From: Setoptus koraiensis
Taxonomy: Eukaryota; Animalia; Arthropoda
Length of the DNA stretch: 64,000 nt
Assembly: GCA_048013815.1 (NCBI GenBank)
Contig: CM106585.1
Coordinates: 8,742,001 to 8,806,000 of the forward strand
Reading direction: 5' to 3'
The position numbers were made by a program, and so were the translations under genes. The notes beneath the pieces were generated by a model. That model had not been told where the DNA came from. It was given only the letters and a program-made list of their open reading frames with translations, and ran no database searches. Below, in pieces: positions 49,101-61,724 of the stretch; positions within the stretch are counted from its first letter, which is position 1, and each line of letters begins with the position of its first letter.

Positions 49101-50427
49101 CACATTTAGTATGTATCCGGTGTTGTTGAGGCCGAAATCGCGCGGTTTTATCAAGTTGCGCTCCTCCAATCCAAACGATCCGCCCGTCATAGATCCGCGC
49201 TATCTGACGCATCCGGACGACATACACGCCATGGTGGACGCAATGAAAATATCCATTGCGGTGGGCCTGGCGCCCTCATTTCGGCAATACAACTCGGCCC
49301 TGTTTACAACGATATTTCCCGGTTGTGAGATATACGCTCTGTATTCGGACGCTTATTTGGCTTGCGCTGCGCGCGTTTACACCTCAACGATTTACCATCC
49401 GGTGGGCACTTGTCGCATGGGTAGGGCGGATGATCCGCGCACCGTGGTGGACCCGCAATTGCGCGTCAAAAGTGTGTACGGTCTCAGGGTTGTGGACGCC
49501 TCCATAATGCCAAACATCATATCGGGCAACACTAACGCGCCCTCCATTATGATAGCCGAGAAGGCGGCCGACATGATCAAGGGGCGCAAATTGGCCCCGT
49601 TTGATCCGGATCTGGCGCGCGGCAGGGGCCAACAGGCCCACAAATCCTATAATTCTGCGCCCGTGCAACAAGTGCCCAATCATTTGAGTCCCAACTTTGA
49701 CATGGATCAATATCTGGCCAAATACAAGCGCAGGAGGCGCGACACCACGCAACAGGTTGAGCTGACTTCCGGCCAGCATGACGGCTCGCAGCAGATTGGC
49801 GTGCATACTCAGTCAGCGCAAACAACGAGCAACAACAAAAACAGTTCATGGCAATTTGGGCAATTGGCACAATTGGAGGAGGCCGACCTATCGGCTATCA
49901 GCAATAGAAAATTGTCCGAGAGTTCACTGATGAATCGTGTTGCCGCTCACATTCATCCGCTATTCAGCGGTTTCTCTAAATTGACTGACCCGTCACTGGC
50001 GCTGGCCCAATCAGATGTGATTGCGGCCAACTTGATAGGCTCGTTGGCCGTCACTAAAGTGCCATCTAGCGATGTGTCACACAGTCACAACAATCAATCG
50101 CAGCAAGTGTCCCCATCTCAATTACGCAACAAATATCAATTTGCTCAAGCAACATACGACAACAACGACAAAAAAAGTGACATTGAAAAAAATGGTTCAA
50201 ATAGACACCGCCAGATGTCCAGTGATCACGGGCCATTCGACAGTGGACTTTACGAGGAGGACGGCGGGCGCCCTCTGTCGCACATAATCAGAGAGAAAAG
50301 AGCGCATTCATTTAATGGGCCTGTTGTGGGCTCTGATGACAGGCGCCATAGTTTAGATAGGAGATCATATCATCAACATTATAGCTATGATTTAGTAAAT
50401 CAAACCTCAATGATTGAAGCTCATTAA
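40916..50427 (+). CDS. Glucose dehydrogenase [FAD]-like GMC oxidoreductase; exons 40916-41042, 42374-42576, 43632-43821, 48323-50427, ~874 aa including a ~280-aa C-terminal extension
   Basis: YDYII|[24 protein letters not shown] (FAD-binding); [27 protein letters not shown]; G|[10 protein letters not shown]; LLMLSGIGP; [11 protein letters not shown]; [10 protein letters not shown]; [26 protein letters not shown]. Intron phases 1, 0, 1 are consistent. Confidence 0.92.
43050..43103 (+). repeat. Perfect (AAC)n microsatellite in GMC intron 2
   Basis: Read directly. Confidence 0.95.
43318..43440 (+). repeat. 14-bp minisatellite AAATATCCACAACG, ~8-9 degenerate copies, in GMC intron 2
   Basis: Three perfect central copies with degenerate flanking copies. 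Confidence 0.9.
45883..45960 (+). repeat. 9-bp degenerate repeat (GATTTCT(A/G)T) in GMC intron 3
   Basis: gatttctat gatttatat ggtttctgt gatttctat ggcttctac gatttctgt ggttgctgt gatttctgt. Confidence 0.8.
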
Positions 50428-53400
50428 TCAAGTAATTAGACACTGAGATAGTGACTCTACTACTACAACTACTACTACCATTACTACTACTATTACTATT
50501 TCTTGGACCATGACTACTGCTACTGCCATTGGCGACAGGAACCACTCACTTGACTCACAAACTCAGTGAAACTGTACACCGGACAAGACAAGACCAAACC
50601 ATCAGGTATGATGCAAACGATGCAGTGTATTCAAATTACGCCAGCAACTGGGCCAACAAAAGCCACAATGACGCGAGCAATGACGTTGGAGGAATGACAA
50701 AGGCAAAATAGAGACAAAAGTAAAAACTTTACTGTTTTTCCTAATGCACAAACCAGCTCATTTGCTTCTGATTCACTTGTGTCATTCGCATAAGTTTTCA
50801 AAGTGTTCATTAGTACCTGTTGCATGGCTAGCTCGCCTGACGGTTGTCATGGCGTCGATGGTCACGCTCCCCCTTTCCCTTTCCCTCTCTCTCTCTTTCT
50901 CTTTCATTTGCCAAATAGGAGGATCAATCAATCAATATAAGCGCTTATTTTTTCTTTTGATCACTCACCTCTCTCATAAGCCGCGCTGCACACCAAATGC
51001 AAAAGAACAAAATAAATATAGACAGTACACATACTAGACAATAGTAGCAACAATTACAACTAAGATAATCATACATAATCATCGAGAAACACTTACAGCC
51101 CTCACCTAGACAATGCCAAAACTAGCAGCAGCTCATAGCGACCTTGGCGTTGTGTGTATGTGTTAGAGCGACAGATAGGAAAAGCTAGGAAATTGCAAAT
51201 GTAGGACCAGTTGTCACACAAGAGTTTTTTAAAATATAAATTGTAAATATAGAGCATTGCCTACTTGTACAAACTCGTTCAAATTGGAAGCACTACGAGG
51301 AAAAGGAGAGCACACCTAACCATTACAAAGGTCAAGATCCATCCATTGTTGCCTCATTTATTTTTGGTTTGTGCAATCAGTTTGGAGCGAGACTTTTCAA
51401 ACGAGCTCGTAGCAAGCAACAATTGTAAATAAGTGCGTCTCTTGCCAGTACGAGACCAGTAAGCCATAGTTATGTAATTAGCTCCTCCATAGAGATCTGT
51501 TCATTACCTTATATCATCGTTTCTTGTTACAATAAACTTACACATACACACATGTAGAGGCCTTTTCGCTTGACTTTGACTTTCTGCCATTGGCTGTTTC
51601 TAGTTCGAGTGGTACGCGGACATAGTGTTATGCAGCAAGGCGCTCGTAAAACGCCGACCGATACCAATAGTTGTGATGCCTCTCTCGTATGCATACGCTT
51701 TTCTCATAAAATGTGGCTCCGTTCTAATCAATCAGTTTAAATCAAAGACAAGTCGCTAATTAGAGCGACTGGGTCCCTATTGGCACTGGATGGTGATGAA
51801 TGAATAGTTTGATTGATCAATAAAATGCATCAGGGCGACACCTGTTTGTGGCCACTTATTGTGGCGATCGCAAGCCCAGTTCGACAGGTTGGCGCCAAGC
51901 AGGGACACTGGTGCAAACTCAGACGCATGCCCTGGCGGGCCTGCACCAGGTTATTTGAGCAACAACTCAATGAGATCAACCATAGATAAGGCCAGATTCT
52001 TTGCCAATATACCTTTTTACCTTGGCTCAAACAATAACAATCCACAACAACAATGAGTGGACAAAGAATGCAAAGAATACACACAAATTGATTGCTACAC
52101 AACCTGCACGACCTGCACAACCTGCACCATCCGCACACCTGGATACATACGGAGATAGATACAGGTAGAGAAAGAGAGCCTGTTGGAGTGTTTGCATGTG
52201 GATACAGTTAGATACATTCGGAGAATTCGAGATAAACATAACACTGAGCACACAAACATTTGCCACAATAGGTGTGTGTGTGTGCAAATATCAGCGAAAT
52301 CAGAGGGTCAGATCAATTTGGTCTAGGTGATGAGCACAAAGCCAATGGCTGTGGCTTCGGTGCCTGTGGTTTATCTGGTCGTCGCATGTTTATGTTGTCG
52401 CTGGCTAATATTTATAATGGCCCACTATTGTACTAGCCCATGCTATGTGTGCGATGCGATTCCATCGGTTCCATCGGTGCCCATCGGTGCCCATCGGTGC
52501 CCATCCGTTGTTTGCAATGTCGGCCAATGTGTTCTTTGGCTCGCGATGGTCAGTGTGGTCATTTCTCAGAATGTCCAATTTGTGTGTGTGTGTCGCCTCT
52601 GTGTCAGTGGTGCCGACACTGACCGACCGGCACATTCCTCACTGGCTATAACGTTGCTGGCTACAACACTGACAAAAAGCACACTGGCTATAATACAACA
52701 ACATGAGCGTGTAAAGACTATGTTTATATTGTGAAATGACAGTCCGATAGAACAACTCACTGGCTGGCCGACAAACACAAACAAGCATCAGAAACAGATT
52801 GAGAGAAGCAAGTGCAGCCCCATCTCGTGAGCTTGCAACGACCGACCAAATGCCGAAGGAGAGAGAGTTTGCTAAAACAAGAAAGCAATTCAATACAAAT
52901 TAAATTGCATTAGCGATTTTTGTTGCTGGAATTTGTTTGATTGAGCCGTCGCCAATGTTGTGTTTAACGGCCAACAACAACAACAACAACAACATGATTC
53001 GATTTGCGAGCCTGGAATTGCATATCGAACCAGCAGTGGTCATCTGGTCACGCGGACCGCGCTTGACGCGCTGGCCACACTGGCCACACTGGCCACGGGA
53101 TCGCAAGCGGCGATTCGTAGTGGTCGGGTTGGCGGACATAGCGACACTTGTTGCTCTCATTTTTGTGCTCTCTCTTTGTTTGGTTTGGCTTTGTTTTTGT
53201 TTGGTCATCATCTCGTGCGTGTTTCACTGGCTGGCACGTAGTCATTGTCGTTGGTTTGCTGCGCTGCCTTCACTGGATACTAGCGGCACTCTCAGGCTCT
53301 TTATGGCCACCGAATGGCCAGTGAATGTTGCCAAACAAAGGATTTCGCTTTTTGTGCTTCTTCAATGGCCCGCATGGCTGCCTAATTCTTAATTTGTTCT

Positions 53401-56400
53401 CTCTTGCGGCTGTTAATTTGACTTCCATTGAGAGCCCGCGATGAGCGCGTCATGTGACTCATTTAACTCGGTTGGTCGTGCAAGGGATTCGCTTCTTGCT
53501 TGCGATTGATTGTGTTGGTGCCGTGGGTCGTTCGCGAACAAAAAAATCTTGCACTGGCCTTTCGTTCTCGGGCACCACAATTGGCGCGATTGGCGCCCAA
53601 TAAAAAGCCGCACCGGCACTGCAGACACCGAAGCAGTGCAGCAAGTGAATCAGAGTGGTCAGTTTGTGCCTGTTGAATGGATTCTCTGCTGATTCAGTCC
53701 GGCCGCAAGAGTCCAGTCGAGTCCAGTGTGTCAATGTTACGCCGACGAGCGAGGGGCTGGTCGGCCGAGGAGCAGTCCATTAGGCGATGTTGAATGGTTT
53801 GCACATCTAGCCGACCGACTGGCCCGCTGATTGGCCGGTTGGCCGGTTGGCGTTGATAATAATGATGCAGCGAGTAATAAATGGAACAAATGGAGAATAT
53901 AAATGGAAAAAATATAAAAAATAATAATAATAATAATAAATATCAGCATCGACTTGCACCATTGGTGCACGCTTTAATGCACCATCAGGCTGGTGGCATC
54001 GGGCGCTGCGATGGGCCATGATGGTGCAGGGTACCAATTTGGCGGCGATGGTGCGCTGGTGCAGGCAGCAAATGCTGCAGCAGCGTCTACAGAAGTTCTG
54101 TAACAGAAGCTCGGGCCCGGGCTCGTGCACTTGCGCGCGGCTTGCGCTGGGAGCACAATGTGTTTGCGTTGTGCGTGTGTGTGTGCGTTGTGCGCGCCCG
54201 GGCAAGATTGTTATAAGTTGAAAGATAAACAATATAATGATAATGCATGTACAGACTACTGGTCGTAAGTAAGTGTATAACATCAAGTAATAAGCGATAA
54301 GAAGAAGCGAGATGTATAAGTGAACGAGAGTAAATAAGTTAATAATAGTAATAGTTATACTTATACCCGACTTACGGCTGTGTGTGTCGCTCCCTAAATT
54401 GGCCAAGTTGTGACTGCTTCGGCCGTCACACTCCGGGCCAGACTCTGCCAGCGACTCTCTGCTACAGACTCCCTAGCCCAGAGTCACTCTAGCCCAAAGC
54501 GTGTAGCGTGATGCCGGCCGGCCGGCCGGCCAGCCAGTCGGCGAGCCAACAGCACAAGTATGGCCTATAGCAATTGAGAGATTAGTTGCAGCACAAGTGC
54601 ACTGGTCAAGTGGTCAAGTGCGCAACTTGCGATGGCTTTAGTGTGGCGCAACAACACCATGTAGCCAGTGTTGCGCCACTCTGCTCGGGCTGCACCGTCG
54701 ACCTATCGCTGCCAGCGCGCTGTCTATGACGCTTGCGGTGATGCTGATTGCGATGGTGCAAGCCGTGTGGCAAGTGACGGCCATGGTGCAACTGATGGGA
54801 GCCAACAAAGCGCCTGTTGCTCGCCCGCTGCCCGTTGCTCGTCCGCTGCCCGTTGCCCGTGGCCGAGGTTGCCCTGGTCGTGGCTGGGGCTGCTGCTTCT
54901 CGGCACAATCGTCGCTCTCTAAACACCGTGATTATTGTAATGATTGCACTAAATCTACCACTTGTCTCTATAGGTCTGCCTGGCCGCTGTCTGGCCGACC
55001 GACCGCAGCGCCAGCCGCGCTATCGTGCCGAGAGAGGCGCTGCTAGCGCTGTGGAACAGCCCAAATGAGAGCGTGTGTGTTGCGTCGACAAATTTTATTT
55101 TATTTCCATCTTATCCACAGCAAGTGCATAAGCGCAAGCCGCCATTCACCGGGCCTTGTATGTGTGGAATGGCGGTGAATGAGTGTGCACACGCACCGAA
55201 AGCATTGGTCGTGCCAAGCGGATCTTTTTGGCACTATGCACGCTGGCATTGAAAAAGGCGCACTCGCCACCCACTTTTAGGCCGCTGTGCGTTGCCACAG
55301 CAACCTAACAGAGCAGCAAGTGCCAGAGACCAGCAACAGGCTACGGGCACATGGCCATGGCGAAACAAACAAAGACTATTAGCAATTGACTTGAACACAG
55401 TGCTAAATCCACTGCCAATACTATCGCTGATGCCGATGATGCTGATGCCGATGATGGCGATGACGAGCACGATGGTGCCAGTGATGAGCTAGATGCGAGA
55501 GCGGAGAATTGAAGATGCAGTTGGGCATAGTTTGGCATAGTTGAAATAGAGAGTAAAGTGCAAAGATAAAGCCACAACAGCAACAACATAAGAAAGTGAG
55601 CAGCAGACACCAGCGACTAGTGACTAGCGACTAGTGAACAAATAAAGTGCTGGCCCGGACAAAACAGCCGGCCAGCTAAAACTCGTGACGGCCATGATCA
55701 AGTGCATGACACACGGACAAAAAGATGCTCACTCTGCACCAGTGTTTCTATGACGCGGTTCATGTGCACCAGCGGCACCAACGGCAGCACCACTCACAAG
55801 TTGCGACTTGCCATATTCATGAGACCAGTGTGGCCATTGACTATTCCCCCAGTGACCAGTTGCAAGTTGCCAGTTGCTGGACACTAGCGACCAGTTACCA
55901 GCGCAGGCCCGATCATGCCCAACGAGGCAGCCCAACGACGATGATGCCAATAATCACTGGTCATCTTTATCAGCAGCGTCGTCATTTGGTCGTATGTGTG
56001 TGCGTTTGGCAGTTTTAATTTGAGTTAGTTTGAGAAACTGAGCGGAGAGAATGGCCATCATCTCTCCGCCTGTAAGTGTGTTTGCTTTTGATTTGATTTA
56101 ACTGACTGATCTCATCTCATCTCGTTTCATCTCCACTGACGCATCCACTAGGCAGCGCTGCCATGGTGCCTGGTGTACCATAGTGGCATCGTGATCACCA
56201 CCTACCAGCACTAGGACTGGTGTTTGTGTTTGGTGATGGGCTGGGGCAAGCAACCAGCCAGCCAGGGGGGGGGGATATAACATGAATACGAGTATGAATA
56301 GTGGACTATTCATAATGGCCAGTATGATATTGTAAGCGGCCCAATGCGAAAGCCATAAACAAGTGTAGCGATGACTAGTGCACACAATTGTTGCTGCTGA

Positions 56401-57286
56401 ACCAGCACTGGTGCGTGCGTGTGTGTGTCGGTTGCTGTTGTTGTTGTTGCTATACTCTACATGTACATTTGATGTAGTACAACAATGATGCAGTACAGCA
56501 ACAGCGGCTATACCCGTTGCTTAACGGCAGTGATTTCATCATCTTCATCAGGGCCAGAATGATAATAAATGCATAAATGGACAAGTTTCGATACATGTCG
56601 TCGTCGTCGTCGTGATCCGATGCAAACAATATATGCGCGGTTTTGGGTTCTCGGCTCATTGTAGTCTACAATTTGTAGACAGCACATGGCACAAGGGCGG
56701 TATGTACAGGGTGTACCAGGTGCAATTGAGTGGGGTGAGCTAGGCGATGTGCACAGAGGTGATTATTTGTGTGATTTTTTGTTTGCCTCGCGCCTCCGTC
56801 AAAGCGACACAGCAGCGCAAAGTGCGCTCACAAGGCTCACACATCACCAGAGGCCAATAGTACTAAAACACCCTGTACTCTCCTGCGGCCATTGGTCAGC
56901 AGTGCGGCTGGTGCGCACAAGGCGAAAGCCGGCACTGCAGCCAGGGAGCACGCAGCACGCAGCAGCAGCATCATCATCTCACAAGGCGCATCAGCAGCGA
57001 GGTGCGTGCTGTCAATGTTCAACTGTTGCTGCTGCTGCTGCACTGGCTCTAAACACACCACCAAATACACTAGCGGAGTGGTGCAGTGGTGCATGCTCAG
57101 AAGTGCACATGAGTGCAACAGTGGAGCGCATCAATAGTTCGGACACAATAGTTCGATGGTGCGTGTGAGTGTGTGTTGAACGTTTTCACTGGCTCATCAG
57201 TTTGCTTGTTCTGCGTATCGAACAAACACCTTGTTAAATTGTATGTATAGTAGACGCACCACAACACAATTAATTAATCAGCAACC

Positions 57287-58810
57287 ATGCCTGCCATAGC
57301 GCCCAGCAAGACCGATTTCTCCATCGATGCCATCATGAAGCGGGGCCAATCAAATGCAACCAGTGCAACCGGTGTCAGCGCCGGCGGAGGTACCCAGGAT
57401 AATTCAAGCCAATTGAATGGCTTGTTGGACGTAATCAGCAGCAGTAATAACAAGATAACGTCGTGTAATATTGCAACAGTATCATCGCCATCTTACTTAT
57501 GTTCCTCGTCATCATCCTCATCATCATCGTCGTCGTCATCCTCATCATCGTCGTCGTCGTCATCATTATCCTCTCCCTCTATGTCAGCCTTGAACAACAA
57601 GCAAAAGCCAACAACATCATGCAAGTCAACCGACAACAACAACAACAATAGCAACAACAACAACAATAACAATATTATATTACATGATCAACAACAGCAG
57701 CATCACCGCAAAAACAACACAAGAGATAATAACACTAATTTCGTCTATCCAACGCAACCTAAATTGTTGACGCCAAATATTCAATCGGAACAAATTCAAT
57801 TTCAGAAGGGCAACGTTGTCCAATTGGCCGACGGAAGATTCAAAAAAGTCGAAGAGCTCACTAGTAAAGATTTTCTAGAATGTGCCACCAATAGTCCAGA
57901 CACTATACGATTGGACTCAAGTATTGTTAAAGATCTACAAGAGAATACGGACAAATCTTTAGTGTTAGTTAGATTTATTGTTGAATCTTGCAGAAACTCA
58001 GTATCAATGGAAGTACCCAGTGAGCATCCCTTTTTTGTTTACGATCAAGGCTGGTCGTCCATGGCACCCCAAAAGACCCTAGATAGGTTCGGCTTGAAAT
58101 GTAGAAAGCTGAGAGTTGCCGATGTTTGTATCACTCTCACACTCAGACAACAGTCCCAACTTGATGACAACAACAACAACACTACCACCACAACTACCAA
58201 CACCACAACCAACACCACTGCTAATAGCTACAATATCAAGTCTCCGCTATACAATACCTGTAATAACAACAATAATAACAAAAATAGTGATGCCAATTGT
58301 AGCAGTGTCACCCAAAAACAATCACACGTTCAAAAACATGATAATAACAAAAATAGACCCCATGATGTTGGCCTATTACCACTAAGATCACCCTCGGACA
58401 TATTTGTTAACAGCTACCTACACCAGCATCATCCCAGGACGCCTCTAGAGAGTATGAGTGAATCACCGAACGATGATGAAGATATGATTGTAGATGTTAG
58501 TGATGATACACAACAAGTAAACCACCAAGCAAGTCAAATGATGAGTGATCAATCGCAATCTTTACTCAGAATCTGGATTGAAAGATTTGCTCCATATTTG
58601 GCAACACAACAACAGCAACAACAACATCGTCAACTACAACAACAACAACACCAATTAGCACAACAATTACAACAGACTACACTGTTACATCAATCTAGGT
58701 TGCAACAGACACCTACAACACCAAACCGATTGCAACAATCCAATTCTTGTCATGAAAACAACACTAACAACCCCCTCGCAACTAGGTTTAAAAGGGAAGA
58801 TTCGACCTAA
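57287..58810 (+). CDS. Ataxin-1-like AXH-domain ORF with N-terminal eh1 motif and poly-S/N/T/Q tracts (507 aa unspliced; probably exon 1 of a larger AXH-bHLH gene)
   Basis: FQKGNVVQLADGRFKKVEELTSKDFLECA...LDSSIV...EVPSEHPFFVYDQGWSS..PQKT..FGLKCRKLRVADVCITLTL is the AXH domain as in ATXN1; FSIDAIM at residues 9-15 fits the eh1 consensus. Confidence 0.88.
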   Translation: MPAIAPSKTDFSIDAIMKRGQSNATSATGVSAGGGTQDNSSQLNGLLDVISSSNNKITSCNIATVSSPSYLCSSSSSSSSSSSSSSSSSSSSSLSSPSMSALNNKQKPTTSCKSTDNNNNNSNNNNNNNIILHDQQQQHHRKNNTRDNNTNFVYPTQPKLLTPNIQSEQIQFQKGNVVQLADGRFKKVEELTSKDFLECATNSPDTIRLDSSIVKDLQENTDKSLVLVRFIVESCRNSVSMEVPSEHPFFVYDQGWSSMAPQKTLDRFGLKCRKLRVADVCITLTLRQQSQLDDNNNNTTTTTTNTTTNTTANSYNIKSPLYNTCNNNNNNKNSDANCSSVTQKQSHVQKHDNNKNRPHDVGLLPLRSPSDIFVNSYLHQHHPRTPLESMSESPNDDEDMIVDVSDDTQQVNHQASQMMSDQSQSLLRIWIERFAPYLATQQQQQQHRQLQQQQHQLAQQLQQTTLLHQSRLQQTPTTPNRLQQSNSCHENNTNNPLATRFKREDST

Positions 58811-59335
58811 AGTGCAATCTATTTCACTCTCACTATCGATGACTGGCAAGCTTCATCACAACAAAGGCGACAGCGTTCACTACTCTGGATTGACTAATGT
58901 CGCCTCCAATTTAAGTTGAAAAATGATATGAAATAACACAACAAATCATCTACACACCACTCTACAAATCGACATATAGTTTGTTGTAACCAACAACAAG
59001 AAATAATGTACAAATTTAGTTGGTGAACTGCGTTAAATTGTGTTTGCGACCATTATGTAATGGATATTTAATATCTGAATCTAACAATAATAATGATCAA
59101 ACATCTGCTTAATCAATTTAGTTGGCTAACTATCTTTTTGTTTTATTTGCACACTGGTGATGGTGATTAACTACAATTAACTGACTGACTAACTGTTCGA
59201 TTGTTCTATATACTTTTGAATTATTTTTGTTTTGTTTCCATTCTCTGGCTTGTTGTTTTACATTGCTTATATACTAAAATTATACAATATTCACTTTAGT
59301 TGTCTATTTTCATCGTCTATTTCTCCGTCCTGCAG

Positions 59336-59877
59336 ACAGTTAATTCTAGACATGGTCAGGCATTTACCAGTTAAACGACAACGTCGGGGTCAAGCTAATA
59401 GGCGCGAAAGAGTTCGGACTGAAAATGTCAACGCAGGTTTTGAACATCTCAGACAACTCATACCAACTGATCCCAAAGATAGGAAGCTGTCTAAGATAGA
59501 AATTCTTCGATTAGCTACATCTTACATCAGTCACCTGTACAATTTAACTATTGCCTAGTAAGTGGCGACGAGCGAGAAATCAAATTTTTGTCATCTTCTC
59601 TACTAAAATGATGTTGATCAATGAACTACCAATTGAATCTATCTGTTATCATGCTTCTTCTCATCCCACAATCGGCCCAATTTAAATTATTATTATTATT
59701 ATACTTACATTATTTGATAGTTCATGCGCTGAAGCCGACGAAATGCTAGCAAGACGAGCTGAAGGAAATGAGGAACAAGCTCAAAGTAACAAAGATAATC
59801 AGGAATCCCCGGAGGACAATTTAACGCCTCCATCAAATCAAATATGCACTTTCTGTTTAATAGATACTAGACAATAA
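59336..59877 (+). CDS. Paraxis/Scleraxis (TCF15/SCX)-type bHLH; exons 59336-59557 and 59721-59877
   Basis: [48 protein letters not shown]. The ORF-track stop is the donor TA|GTAAGT; splicing to GATAG|T gives an in-frame last exon ending NQICTFCL, the Paraxis/Scleraxis C-terminal hallmark. Strong pyrimidine-rich acceptor CTGCAG at 59335; internal ATG at 59352. Confidence 0.88.
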
Positions 59878-60123
59878 TAATGTATTGCGAAGCCCTAAAA
59901 GGATGGAGTACATCCGATTTATTCTCTTGGATACAAATTGGCCTTCTATCGATAGGATCTGGTGTTTCAGAGATGATCAGAATATCCCTATTATCTGTAT
60001 TTTTTTTAAAAACCCATCGATCTCATGATCATTTCAAGTGAATACAAATAACAAAAATATTGATATTATAAAAAAAAATGATAACTTTTCATTTGCCGAA
60101 ATCTCATTATGCCGAGATTTCGA

Positions 60124-61556
60124 CTACATCGACTCTTTGATCGCCGTGTAGTGCTCCCTGGCAATAATAATTCGTTGTATTTGAGCTGTACCCTCGTATA
60201 TTTGTAAAATCTTGGCGTCTCTCATCAACTTCTCTACTGGATACTCTGTGTTGAAGCCAGCCCCTCCAAATATTTGGACAGCATCAGTTGCAGCTTTGTT
60301 TGCTACATCGGCAGCCAGACATTTAGCTATCGAGGCCCAATATGTGTTCCTCTGTCCACAATCATACTGCCATGCTGATTTTAATGTTGCTAAACGAGCG
60401 GTTTCAACTCCAACAATCATATCTGATATCATGAATTGGACGGCCTGATGGTTAGCGATATGCGTTCCAAATGCTTTCCTTTCCAAAGAATATTGAGTGG
60501 CCTCGTGCAAGGCTCTTTGCGCTAATCCAACAGCTAGGGATGCCACTCCTGGTCTAGTCTTATCGAATGTTGTCATGGCGATTTTGAATCCTGCTCCTTC
60601 TCCCACCAATAGATTTTCTTTTGGAATTATTACGTTATCAAAAGTTATGCCTCTGGTGTCAGATGCTCTTTGACCCATATTCATCTCTTTTCTTCCAACC
60701 TCGATACCTAGAAGAATAGATGACCAATAATTGTAACTATGTTTAATGCTACATATCTGATGGGTTGCATATGTAATCATCATTAGTCAGTTGACTCACC
60801 TGGGGAATCAGCATCTACAATAAAACAACTCAACGCCTGAGCTGGTTTGGCTTTAGGATCTGGATTGGTTCTTGCTAAAACAAAGTACCAATTGGCGACA
60901 CCTCCATTCGTGATCCACATTTTGCTACCGTTCAGAACGTAATTACCATCAGCATTTTTTTCCGCTTTAGTCTTGATAGCGGCAACATCGGAGCCTGTCC
61001 CAGGCTCCGTCACGCAATAAGCGGCCAATAATGGATATCCTTTAGAATCTTTCTCATGAATCAATCTGCCAAGATATTTTTTCTTTTGCTCATCACTAGC
61101 GAATATAATGATAGGTGCCTGACCTAGTCCAGTAGACTCGAGCGAAGTCCCAATACCTGTACAACCAAAACCTAGCTCCTCTGCAATCAAACAACTTTCT
61201 GTGAGACTTAGACCCGGTCCGCCATATTTTTCTGGTATACCTGCATTAAGTATTCCAATCTCCTTGGCCATTTTCAATATATCCCATGGATATTCTCCTG
61301 TTCTATCATGATGCGCTGCACGAGGTACGATTTCATCTTTAACGAATTTTCTAGCTAAGTCCTGGACAGATTTTTGGTCTTCAGTCAAATTGAAACTCAA
61401 TGGAGCGTTTGGATCCTGTATCTGGACTAGATGATCTAAGGATCCTTTTGAAAATGTTCGAAGATGAAATCGTGTTAAAGGCTGCTGTTTGTTAATAACA
61501 AATCTCGCCACTTGACTTACAACCGAATATGGCCTCGTGAACATGATGGCTGTCAT
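60124..61556 (-). CDS. ACADM: Medium-chain acyl-CoA dehydrogenase, mitochondrial; exons 61556-60800 and 60707-60124, 446 aa
   Basis: Presequence-like N-terminus; [16 protein letters not shown]; [14 protein letters not shown]; [21 protein letters not shown]; DSPG|[22 protein letters not shown]; FDKTRP; [23 protein letters not shown] with catalytic Glu. Confidence 0.95.
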
Positions 61557-61724
61557 GTTGACTGAATAGTAATTGTCTTTATTTCTATTCTAAGTGTTGA
61601 ATTCTTTAACGAAAATCAATTAGTACACAGCTCTTTCCTGTTTTTGTTTTTTTTGTCTTTCTGTTTATAGGGTGGAAGGTCCAAGTGGCGTAGGTAAAAT
61701 CATCTAAAATCAGCTGAGAAAAAT

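Noticed and set aside
40916-50427. Horizontal transfer or contamination as the cause of the GC-rich GMC gene
   Set aside because: Spliceosomal introns and an arthropod glucose-dehydrogenase-like sequence; its composition matches the surrounding non-coding domain, which grades into the AXH gene.
27100-57200. Many 60-260-aa ORFs with poly-C/L/Q/T runs (e.g. 28479-29278, 32177-32720, 34497-35081, 53807-54406)
   Set aside because: Produced by microsatellites and GC-rich non-coding sequence on overlapping frames; no domain motifs; mostly non-ATG starts.
59556-59558. Stop codon ending the bHLH ORF in the track
   Set aside because: It spans the donor TA|GTAAGT; splicing restores the frame into the QICTFCL exon.
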